Shown here: piece by piece, positions 53,883 through 64,000 of the stretch
Position numbering within the stretch: position 1 is the first letter of the stretch
How the letters are laid out: the number at the start of each line of letters is the position of its first letter
Origin: Phoronis australis
Taxonomy: Eukaryota > Animalia > Phoronida
NCBI GenBank assembly: GCA_002633005.1
Contig: NMRA01000215.1
Coordinates: forward strand, 598,852 to 662,851
Reading direction: 5' to 3'
Length of the DNA: 64,000 nt
Translations under genes and position numbers: made by a program
The notes under the pieces: model-generated
Databases searched by the model: none
What the model saw: only the letters and a program-made list of their open reading frames with translations
What the model was told of the DNA's origin: nothing

Positions 53883-55391
53883 AGGCGAAAGCAACCTTTT
53901 TATGTCATTTTTAGCAAAAATAAGGTTCGTTGGTTATTCCAGACTTATTTTTCATTTAATTACAGCTTTTAGTAATTTAATTAATTAATTACTCGTGTTC
54001 TACTCCGGAGGTGACGTTTTGGGAGGCAAGAATTTCGCGCCAATTTCTTTTCAAATAGTCTGAGTGTGAGAGCTGTCGAGTCAGTCATTGTTCTACCTCG
54101 GTTGTGGTAAGTTTGATCGTCGTTTGCTTTTGTTTACGAGTCAGACAACATGCCACACTGTTGCTGCGTACCGGGATGTATTCATTATTTTCTCACGCGC
54201 GCTTTGGGAATACCAGGCTTTGCATCGCTTTCCAAAGGATGACACACTTCGCCGTACTTGGCTCGTTCGTGTGGAGAACGCAGCGTTACCCGTCAATGAA
54301 CGCAACGTTCAAAGCAGTGGAGGGTTACCGAGTGTGTGGCAAGCATTTTTGCCGTCAGATTACGAAAGAGATATGTCCGCGGAATTGATGAAGGTCCCTG
54401 CGAAACAACGCTTGAAGAAGAGTGCGATACCGTAACTGTTGATTCCCGGCAGTGCTCCGTCGCCACCCCCGAGAAGCGGGAAGCCTCGCGAGCTATGGCC
54501 ACTACAGTGACTGGAGGCACTTCATCTACTGCCACCCTTGTCTCCGAACGTACCCCCAGAGCGTGCAATTCCGGGAACTAGCAGTGATTCGCCCTTTGCT
54601 GTTGTCTCTAACACAGAGCCTTTAAGCAGCCATGCAGCGAAGTCGAGTTGTGGAAATGAATACAGGTCCAGTTCGAAACCCATTGAAGAGGACAGTTCGT
54701 CGTGCAACAAACAGATCGGTGAGGCAAACTTTCATAAGTTTATTGTGGACTTGTCTAAAGTATTGGAGCTATTTAGAAAAAGGCAGGTGTGTGGCGCCGA
54801 GGGAGTCACACTGCGGGATGTAACAGTAAGCAGTTTGGGTGCTCAGGTCACCATCCAGTGGAAGTGTGTCGCGGGACACTGGGGCAAGTGGGAGTTGTGC
54901 CTGTGCGTACTCTGTCTCATTATAGGCCAACTCGGGCTCAAACACACAAAGTATACCCACCCACTGACTGTCCGTGAACAAATTCCTCGTCACCACTGCT
55001 ACACGAACAATGTCTCCGTTACTCACGTCACCACTGTCACTGTGATACGGGTCGCCGACTCCAGTCATTTTCAGATTAATACAAACTAAAGAATCCCTAA
55101 ATCCAACGTAACTGGGTTCTCTAACAACCTAGTTTGTCCTAGAAAACTCGTCGGTGGAAAGTGGTGACGATAATTTTAGAAAAACAGCCCGAATACAAAA
55201 TTAGTACAGATCCTCACACTTAACGCAGAGCCAAATTGGCGCGAAATTCCTGCTTCCCAAAACGTCACTTCCGGAGTAAAGGGCGAGTAATTAATCAAAT
55301 TACGAAAAATTACAATTAAGTGTAAAATATGTTTGAGATAACCAAAGAACCTTATTTTTGCTAATGACATGAAAAAAGATTGCCTTCGCCT
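53883..55391 (+). mobile_element. Kolobok-like non-autonomous DNA transposon (decayed THAP plus transposase N-terminus) in the last peroxidase intron
   Basis: About 170-bp imperfect TIRs starting AGGCGAA, with TTAA on both sides (53879-82, 55392-95). Frameshifted THAP (MPHCCCVPGC...HRFPKDDTLRRTW...RVCGKHF...DYE) and IVDLSKVLELF...VC...GAQVTIQWKCVAGHWGKW zinc-finger segment. The DDE core is absent. Confidence 0.85.
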
Positions 55392-55571
55392 TTAAGTGTC
55401 AACAGTGCAGACCGAGAGGCGTGGTAGTAGCCATGCAGTCGAAGTTTAACGATGTCTGTTCTATGTAGAAACTGCGGAAGGATCCGACCTTCGAACTGAC
55501 TAACAAATTCATTCAAACGCCATCTAGCTTCTAATTTTAGAAGAACTTAATTGCCTGTGTTACTTGATTAC

Positions 55572-55686
55572 CTTACAATCCCTTATCAAACTGATGTCCA
55601 CGTTCAACATCATGACGTCATCAACAGACATGTTGGTCGGCACTCCTGCCGCTTTTCCAAGATCAGAGGATTTCACCCACTGGTAG
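55572..55686 (-). CDS. Heme peroxidase exon with proximal Asp
   Basis: Acceptor CTTTCAG|. (H)YQWVKSSDLGKAAGVPTNMSVDDVMMLNVDISLIRDCK contains the MMLxxDxxL motif. Donor AAG|GTAATC. Phases match both neighbouring exons. Not in the ORF track. Confidence 0.85.
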
Positions 55687-55848
55687 CTGAAAGCACAGTC
55701 AACTTTGCTCAGTCAGCACCTCATAAATAGTAAGTGTACTATTACGTGTCACGTTTCCCATATCCGGTAACGTAAATGTGTAGAAAAATAAGCTCTCATT
55801 TGCCAAATAGACAGGGAAAACAACATGTTTTTATGTAACTATACTTAC

Positions 55849-55991
55849 TGATCTGTATCGTTGGGGTGCGTTTTTAGGTTAATTTGCGTCCATTCCAAGG
55901 TCGAATTAAGCAGGTCCTTATAGAAAGCATTGTCCAACCACGCCGGTTCTTTAACCCACGGACCTTGAAAACCCGACGACTCTATTCGTGC
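55849..55991 (-). CDS. Heme peroxidase exon with proximal Trp
   Basis: Acceptor TTGCAG|, phase 0. ARIESSGFQGPWVKEPAWLDNAFYKDLLN matches the class I SGxxGPW...xDNxYxxxL pattern. Donor CA|GTAAGT, phase 2. Confidence 0.9.
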
Positions 55992-56356
55992 CTGCAACAT
56001 ACAATGTTCTTCGCTTTTGATCCAGCCGCTCAACCAAGGGTTCAAAATATTTCGAATCAATATGGCAAACAGGTTCCAGAGTAAAGCTCGCCAACATTAA
56101 TTTCCCGGCTGTTCTCACCAGGATTGAAATTGCACGTGATCTCTTATGGGATTTGCCCAATTCAGATTTGATAGAATCTATTATCTCCGACGGTATTTTG
56201 ATCTGACACTGCGACCTTCATACAATTATATTCCACCTAAATACTCCAAAAAGTCAATTTCGTCGCGGGAAAGTTTGTCAAGTGATGGCATTCATGAAAC
56301 CAGTAAAGTCAACATTTACTCGGTTTGGCGAGCGTGACGCTTGTGAGGTTACTTTA

Positions 56357-56817
56357 TGTAGGGCCCTAGAAAAGTTGTCCAAATTTGGGCTAACTTCGGA
56401 TCATTGTATACGCCAGAAATGACTGGTCCAATTCACATGAATCTTTCACCTATTACGTCTAAAACATTGTTCTCCAACACACTTTAGGAAATGTTTTCAT
56501 AATTATCCGCGTTTGCAAGTGGTGCAAAATTTGACTTTGAATGAAAAGAAGACGATTTGAAAAATTATTCTTTTCCAAATTTCATTTTGAAAACTTATAC
56601 CAAACAAGATCTGACCATGTTAGTATTTCCCTTTTGTTACTTTTTCTAAAAGCACATGGTCACGTAGCTCAGTCACTTGTTGATTGACATGAAGTCAGCT
56701 AGACGTGGAGTTCTAACTGTCCTTTTGCTTTCAGAAAATATATCTTTTATTGACTTTTTAGTTTTGTAGATTTTTAATATTGTATGGCTAAACAGTATTT
56801 TTCATAAGGTCCTACAT
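56357..56817. mobile_element. Possible MITE in a peroxidase intron
   Basis: ATGTAGGGCCCTAGAAAA...TTTTCATAAGGTCCTACAT imperfect TIRs. Confidence 0.35.
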
Positions 56818-57049
56818 AACATTAAGAAAATGAGCATGTTGATTTGGTCCAACGCGGCAGTTTGAGAATAGAGCGCTACGCTGCGTGCTAACCCACCGAA
56901 ATAAAAAGTCTGGCGAGCACATTGAACTTTGACATTTTTAAAGCGCCTTTCCTTTGTTGAACCTGTTATCCAAGGGTGTCCATCATCTAATTACATGAGA
57001 TGTCAGGGGCAAAGAGAAGTCAATGAACGCTCTAAAATGAAAAAGGTAG

Positions 57050-57740
57050 GATAGATGGCCTGATGTCTGGGACCATGGCACTGCTAAATTGATTATGACT
57101 CAGGAGACTGGAAAGAGTGCATCCGTATAATCTGGCGACTTCCTCCAGGCCAGCCATGTAAAAGACTGCGCCGTCTTTGAGAGGCAGGACGAATCTCTAC
57201 TAAGTGTCTTGGCCTTTAAGTAGAGCTTTTTGTGTAAGTTATGTGGCCTGAAATGTTTCGATGCCGAAACATGCTGCACTCCCCAGAGGGCCAAATACTG
57301 ATTCAGAATCTTTTTCCGGATACCAACCCTACATGTCTCAAGGCTTCAGTCTCCTATCTTAGAAAGCTTTGGCTTAAGAAGGCATGTAAATATTAGTTTT
57401 ATTTATATGTACGAAGAGCTCTTTCTCCAACCCCTGCAGGTAGTTTGAGCACACTTTGTATCACCCTTGCCTTGCAGCACTTCTACGAGAATGGTATGTA
57501 GTGCTCTGGTACAAAACAGGACACATTTGCTCCGTACTTTGCACGATAGTCTTGTCGCAAGCGATTTTAAAACCTCATCCACAAAAGTCCGTACGGTGCT
57601 TGACATGACGCTTGTTTAGGGTTTGATTGCACCTTTGTTGTCTGAGAGTGTAAATAGCTCCTATTTACTGAGGATTCTTCCATGCTCTTTTGCAAGTTCA
57701 GCAGCTTGGTGGATTGCAATAATTTCAGCCTGAACACCGA
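57050..57740 (-). pseudogene. Decayed non-LTR retrotransposon 3' region (RNase H)
   Basis: The - strand reads VQAEIIAIHQAAE...LSDNKGAIK...SSTVR, matching RNase H (F)QAExxAI...SDSxxAIxAL, with stops and frameshifts. The lower boundary is approximate. Confidence 0.6.
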
Positions 57741-58586
57741 TGCAATGATACCGAAAGATGTACAGGTCTATTTGACAACATAAGTGCAACCAAGAAAATT
57801 AATTCCTGATCTTTATTGCCCACTGTCAACATTAGAGGTACATTATATCAGAGAGACTGTTGGTAGGTTAGATTTGTGATTCCAATTTCTGTGGTAAAAC
57901 TATGCTTAAAACTTAAAGTCATCACTATAACGTAGTTAGGCAATGCCATGCCAAAAAGTTGCAGCTAAATTTGTAGCACATATTACGCTTGTCTTGAGCT
58001 ATAGCCTCTATGTTTGCGCTCTATCGTAGTACCTTTTACCCTTCATACGATGAGCTCCAATCGTCGCCACTTAGGTAAATATGCAAGGCAGGCAAACCAA
58101 TAAACACATTTATAGCAACCTTAAGAGTTCCTGAAAATGCAGAAGTGCTGCACAAGCATACAAAACGCAATACTTGTGTTAGTTTTGATCTGCTCGAGAA
58201 ACTTCCTCTGTATACAGTATATACATTCACAAAACGTACCGAGAGTGGCGTAGGCATGTAGATTATTACAAGGCGAAGTCGTTTTCCCTAGTAATCTAGA
58301 GCCCAAGTGGATTTTAGCGTTAGCCCCGAGGGCGATAAGTCTACCACGTGGGCTCAAGATAAGGGGGTTAACGACTGAGAACATGTAATAATCTATTTAT
58401 ACTACACACTGAACGAGAAACATTGCAATGAATCGATCTAGCTAACGCGGCTCGCCTTGTAACTACTTTTTATGTCAGAGGCCCGGGGTCGGAGGTCATG
58501 ACCTTTTAAGAAACGCCGAGTTATTTTTGTTAAAATATTGTTTTTACCCAAAACCAATTGAAAATTCAAATGAAAGCACTCCGAGC

Positions 58587-58945
58587 AGCGAAACTTGGCG
58601 AAATTAACCAAAAAGATGACGATAAAGATGATGACGAAGATGACGAATATTACGACGATGGTGGCGAGGATGAATTAAAGAAGTGATAATAACATACACA
58701 TGACGAACGTAGAAATCCGAAATCAGTAAGAAAAAGGCTACAGTCTTGAGCGACACTTGGCGAAATTAACGGAAAAGACAACGACGGAGATGATGACGAT
58801 GATGACGAATATGATGATGGTGGTGGCAATGGTGAACAACATCACAACATTCATATGACGAACTCAGATGTCATAAATCAATAAGAAATAGGCTACAGTC
58901 TACTTCAATAGAAGATAAACCAACATCAATGCAGCAAGAGCGCTC
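58587..58945 (+). repeat. Two diverged tandem units of the 38158 family
   Basis: GCGA.ACTTGGCGAAATTAAC..AAAAGA, (GAT)n, then TAAGAAA.AGGCTACAGTCT. Confidence 0.8.
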
Positions 58946-60666
58946 AACAAAGGAACAGCGTTATCAGAAAATCTCAAATAACTCGAAAAGTAGACGTCCT
59001 AGCGAAAAATGAAAAACATCTTCTGAAAGCCCATTTAAAACTCTATCTAAAATAATGGTATCGCCTAATTCCGTAAATTTTTCGAGGAAAATGAACTTTT
59101 GCGTTTTTTAAGAAATTCAAAGTCAAATAACTCAAAAACGGTAAGTCTGAGAAAAAATTGTTACAGGCCATTTGAAAGAATATACTTCAAAGAATCCACA
59201 TGCAAAAAATCTTGTCTTTTTCTCTTCCCGTTTAAAATCGCACTCCACCACGACTGAAAATGGGTCAGCATGCGCCAGATCAGCCATCTTGAAAGCAACT
59301 TCGTTTTTTTGGCTTTGTATAATAGTATGTAAGTATTCTATTTTCACGTTCGATGACGTCAACTGCTAGGTGGCGCAGTGATTAAGTCGACGATTCTAAA
59401 CTATTGCGAAGCGGCTTCGAAACCGGCCTCGGATTCCCGCCAATATCTTAATATTCAACGCGCGTTGAATAAAGAAATGGGTTATTTAACGGTTGTACTG
59501 GCCGTGTCAGGCTAGTAATGTGCAATTAATATAGAAACCTACACGTGTCTCAGGTTTACGACATGGGCACTAAACCTCTTGGATTAATGTATGCGGATGC
59601 ATTAGCAATGTCAATGAACGTACTTAGAGCAAACTTATTAAATACAATCTGCACAAGATGTCTGGTGAGGTGATGGGGAGCTTTAGTCATAATACTTAAA
59701 AAATAGTGTCAAATGTGCGATGTAAGTAGTTGATTGTTTTTGATGTTCAGAATGGAGACTTGGGCATGTGCGCTCTTTTCCTTTGGCTCAGGTATCTGCG
59801 CTGCCTCAGTTTCTTGAGACTCCGATGCTGTTACCATTACGGCATAGCAGGCAAAAAAAAAACAGAAGAATAACGTTTTGCTCAATGTGGTTGAATACCT
59901 ACATCGAAACCCTTTTTTCTTTGAGTCGTTTTCAACAAATGAATTAGACAATCTTTCTGTGACTCATGGCAAAGCGACTTAAGACTGAGAAAATTTATTT
60001 TAAGCTCCCATTTCACATTTGCTAAAAAATGTTAACCAAGTAACTATGAGATCATTACAATCTAGATGTAATTTTAAAATTGTCTTAGTAACTAGCATCT
60101 GTGCATATTTTCATAGATTTTGCAATTTTGCTTAAGTAAGATTTGAACATTTTTTAAATATCTGTGTCGAGCGTAAGATCAAATTTCTGACTAATGTCTT
60201 AAGTTACTTTCATGAAACCGCTCCACGAAATCAATTGATGAATGCATTGTTCAGCATCATGAAAGATGTTACGATGTTCAAGTATTATCAACGCTCTCGT
60301 TGGCAATAACGTACTTTCTACTAGCTCTTGCACTTAGATAGAGATGTCATTTGAAAAGCATTTTGGTACAACGATCACCCCGGAACATCACAGCCAGTAG
60401 ACTATCACACCATCCTGGTTATTTATAGCACGGATACACAGTGTTAACAATGAATGTGCAGTTAATTTTTGTGCTATATACTGTACATGTAAGCGCTCAG
60501 GCTCAAGCCCATCTGCGTGCACGGCAAAAAACGTCGTCGGGATGCCGTTTTAGGGCTCAGGTAGATATTTCTCCTTACGAGATCATAGATCCTCCAACTG
60601 GCTTATTGATACTCATATTAATTAAAGCAACATTAGTAATCAAGTTTTGCAATAATAATGACTTAC

Positions 60667-60989
60667 CCTTCCAAGCCCGTGAGCACCCATGACTGCGATG
60701 GTCTCTCGGGTGTTAAAACCGAATGCTTGCTTAAGCTGGGTCAAAACATGGTTTAAATCCCCGTGAGCCCTGGGAAACGGGTTTGGTTTGTCCGTCACAG
60801 GTGACGTTTCGCAATCTTTCCTTCCCCATTTGAACGTCAGATACTTTCCGATGTCACTTCCGGATAATGCAGCGCCCCTGGTGACTGCCTCTATCGCAGC
60901 CAATGCCCAGAAGTCAGCACGGGACATATGCTTCGATGCGTTTGTCACACGAAAAATTTCCTCTAAGGCGAAAATCGTTTTATCAATGC
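60667..60989 (-). CDS. Class I (APX/CcP-like) heme peroxidase, internal exon with proximal His
   Basis: Acceptor TTTTAG|, phase 1. GIDKTIFALEEIF...MSRADFWALAAIEAV...FKWGRKDC...FP...FGFNTRETIAVMGAHGLGR. The SxADxxxLA, GRxD and GAHxxG motifs are those of the peroxidase-catalase superfamily. Donor AGG|GTAAGT. Confidence 0.92.
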
Positions 60990-61117
60990 CTAAAACAAAA
61001 AAGAAAAGTGTGCTCAGCAATACATGAAGTGCGCATCTAAGCTAAGAAAACATTTACAATTTATGGCAGCAGGTATGGAATAAAACATCTACATGACAGA
61101 ATTGGCTGAAATTTTAC

Positions 61118-61173
61118 CAATAGATTCATATCCACCCAAACGGAAGCAACCGCCACCATCTATTTTATACCTC
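61118..61173 (-). CDS. Candidate small upstream exon of the peroxidase
   Basis: TTTCAG|g RYKIDGGGCFRLGGYESI g|GTAAAA. It ends in phase 1, matching the 60989 acceptor. The C-x9-G spacing mirrors GCDGC-x9-G of APX-like proteins, but residue identity is weak. Confidence 0.35.
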
Positions 61174-64000
61174 CTGAAATAAAATTCATCTTAAATAACT
61201 TTTGTGACTCCTTTTAGTAACAGTACTAATTCGTGAAGAATGGGGACAGGAATTCAGTACTGTGAAGACGTGTGTAACATTCATCATCCAGTCAACAATG
61301 GAGCTTTCTCAGAAATGTAATTATCCCTTCGTGGGGGCAAATGTTTTGTCGCACCACCGCATCTAAGTACCCAAACTCAAATTGAGTTATTGGTAAGAAT
61401 ATTGTAAACTGTGGAAAATAACAATTAGCATTTGTAGACGATGAATAAAGGTTACAGCTACAAAAAGTGAAAAGTTTGGTCTCATTTTGATTTTATGCAT
61501 AGAAATTGAACTGAAAATGCGTAGTTTTGGTTGTCAAGTGCTTCTAAATTGTAATTGATTAAGAACAAAAATACAGTCACTGAAAGTTTATAATTGACCG
61601 TGGAAATTTCTGTAACATCCTTTTCTGTTGATTGATTGTCGAAAATTTGATTGTCAGGGTTTCAAGCTCTGCAATTTTTTCGTGTTGTATAATCATAAAG
61701 TTTGTTTTGTTCAGTACTTTGTATCGTCTCATGAGTTGTTTGTACTGTGAAAAGGAAGATAAATAGACAAAAATGTTTGTTCTTGAAATCCTTGTTATCA
61801 TAAGGGTTGACAATTACAAAAAAAAAACTTTTTCGCCCGAGATGGACACAATGCTCAGCAAATAATACTTGACGGACAGGATGATGTTCAGTTTCTAAAA
61901 AATCCCAGTTACTCGAGTCTGACAAAGATCAAGGCGATTGGGTCTAGTTACATCCGCCCAGCTATTATTGCAAGCTGACACCATCATATCTCTCTATATC
62001 ACCTACCTCTGTAGCAAGGATTACTGTTTTCTAAAGAATATCCCACCAGCAAATATTTGAATGCAGAGCAATTAAAAACACCTGGACGGAGGTGCTCAAA
62101 TATATGGACGTAGGACTTTTTATGAAGGGGTCATGTTTTACTTCCACGCCAATTACACGAGCTTCATTATCTAACAAAGAGCAGCTTGTTGGGTCCATAC
62201 CAATCAGATATTTCATGTAATGAATGGCAAATATTGACTTACTAGCCTACATATTCAAGTGAACATTAGACTAAGTGTTCATCGCAAGGGACAGAAATTA
62301 AAGATACTGTGTTATTTTAAAGCTTCAATCAGGATTTCTGTCACTGTCAGATTTTAGTAGGGATGGTGTGCGGCTGTGGGATTTTTCCATAGGCAGTACA
62401 AATTTCTTTCCAGAACATTTGACCCTGCAGTAACGCAAAGCACGGTAGTCAGCTACTCTTTAAAGTGAAAGCTATAAGNCGGTCGTTACTATGATGCTTA
62501 ACAACTGCTGACCGACATGCGACAAAATAATGATCTAGCTTTTCGAAAATATTTATAAATTTACACGCACATATATTTTGCTTCGTCGCGGCAACGACCC
62601 AACGCTTCCGAATCTCAACATCTTTAGAGACTGTGAAGCAGACAGTTGCGTGTCCGTATTTTTTCTAGTCGTTCGGGAACAACACGGTCTGAAACACAGA
62701 ACTACTTGCCGATAAGCTAAAAGAGCTATCGTAGCGAGCCTCGTTTTGGAATGCGCCTCCTGTCGGCGTGAAAAGGGTCTATAAGGAAGCATTTAAAAAT
62801 ACAGTATTGTACACAAAATATATAACTGTATTTACAAAAGTTGCGTCATAAATGTACATGTACATACTGAGGTAGAAAGTCAGCTTGCTACATGAAGACT
62901 ATCGTCAACATACAGCAACTGGGGTAGCCGTGTGTTGAGCTCCGTGAGACACCGAAATTTCACACAACCCCGGCAGCTCAGCTCGTCACGAGTCGACGTC
63001 GTGAAACTTATATCAATATGTAGAGCAAACGACCGGCGGGGGTGCATGCAGAATCTGGGATTAATAGACACTCACCTTACCCGTTACAACCGTTTATTGA
63101 AGTAACAAAACAATCTAATAAACACTATTTTTGCATAATTCTCCGCCTTTTGTAACCAAGAGAAGTCTGTCGTAACAGTGAATACTCGTGACACGCACCC
63201 GCGCCATTTCTTAAAATTGTGTGATATCTCGAGAGTTTATTCTGAAATTGGGTTTACTGGTATTAAAATACCAAAAACGAAATGAAACCAGTTCCGATTG
63301 TTATGACACGCACGCAACCTCACTGTTGATTAAAGAATCGGAGAAATTGGCCAACACAGTACAGGTGACGCAATGGCGACGAAAGTCGACCCAAAAGAAG
63401 GCATCGCAATTTTAGCAGCAGAATAACGGTAGAACGCCAATTTTTTCAACACAGGTAAATAATATAGTTTACTCAAGGAAAGGTGTAGTTTTAGTGACAT
63501 CATTAATTTTGGTGATGGCAGGCCCCTATGAAGTATGTACGCGACAGAAGCCAGAGAGAGTGAAATTAAGCCGACAGACTGACAAATCGTATCAACCTCA
63601 CAAGCTAGAATGATTGAACATTTCACGCTATCCTGTTTTCACTGCACCAAAACACAGAGTGAAGTTGGCCTTGTCAACAAAGCGAAAATCTGCACGTTTG
63701 CCAAATGCACGCGCTACGAAACTGTTGATTAACATGTAGTGTATTCTAGAACTGAGCTGGGGAAAATGGTGTTTTAAACGCACTCATTGCTGCAGGAGCA
63801 TAATCGCGTTTTATAATTCATGGAGGAAACAAGGGTGCCACCCGGAACCTCCATATTCATTCCTCATTTTATTTTTGCCACATCCTTTTACACTATTGCC
63901 CCATTACTGCCAATTTTAAGAGAGTGTCAAACCAGACTACATAGACAAAGCGTTACAGTTGAAAGACGGGGGCATATCAGCTCCCCGCATCCTCCCCATT

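Noticed and set aside
54088-55089. Host THAP-domain gene
   Set aside because: Frameshifted, enclosed by TIRs and TTAA, and present in three decayed copies.

Overview
Animal (marine-invertebrate-like, AT-rich, repeat-dense) genomic DNA with two intron-containing protein genes in convergent orientation. (1) A complete three-exon NK4/tinman/Nkx2-5-class homeobox gene on + (exons 10169-10706, 27094-27338, 31040-31378; about 373 aa). It has the TN/eh1 motif, a Tyr54 homeodomain, the NK2-specific domain, a Tyr-rich region and a C-terminal GLRTW. (2) The 3' part of a class I (ascorbate/cytochrome-c peroxidase-like) heme peroxidase on - (exons 60667-60989, 55849-55991, 55572-55686, 53118-53405), with a hydrophobic, GPI-signal-like tail; its 5' end is not resolved. 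The rest is non-coding. It holds three copies of a THAP-bearing Kolobok-like deletion derivative, one of which sits at the exact centre of a larger palindrome. It also holds a foldback element with an array of TATCGATA motifs, MITEs with 5-bp TSDs, LINE RNase H and Penelope relics, SINE heads, microsatellites and two N-joined duplications that look like assembly artefacts. The octamer TACATGTA is strongly over-represented. All calls were made by eye, without database searches.
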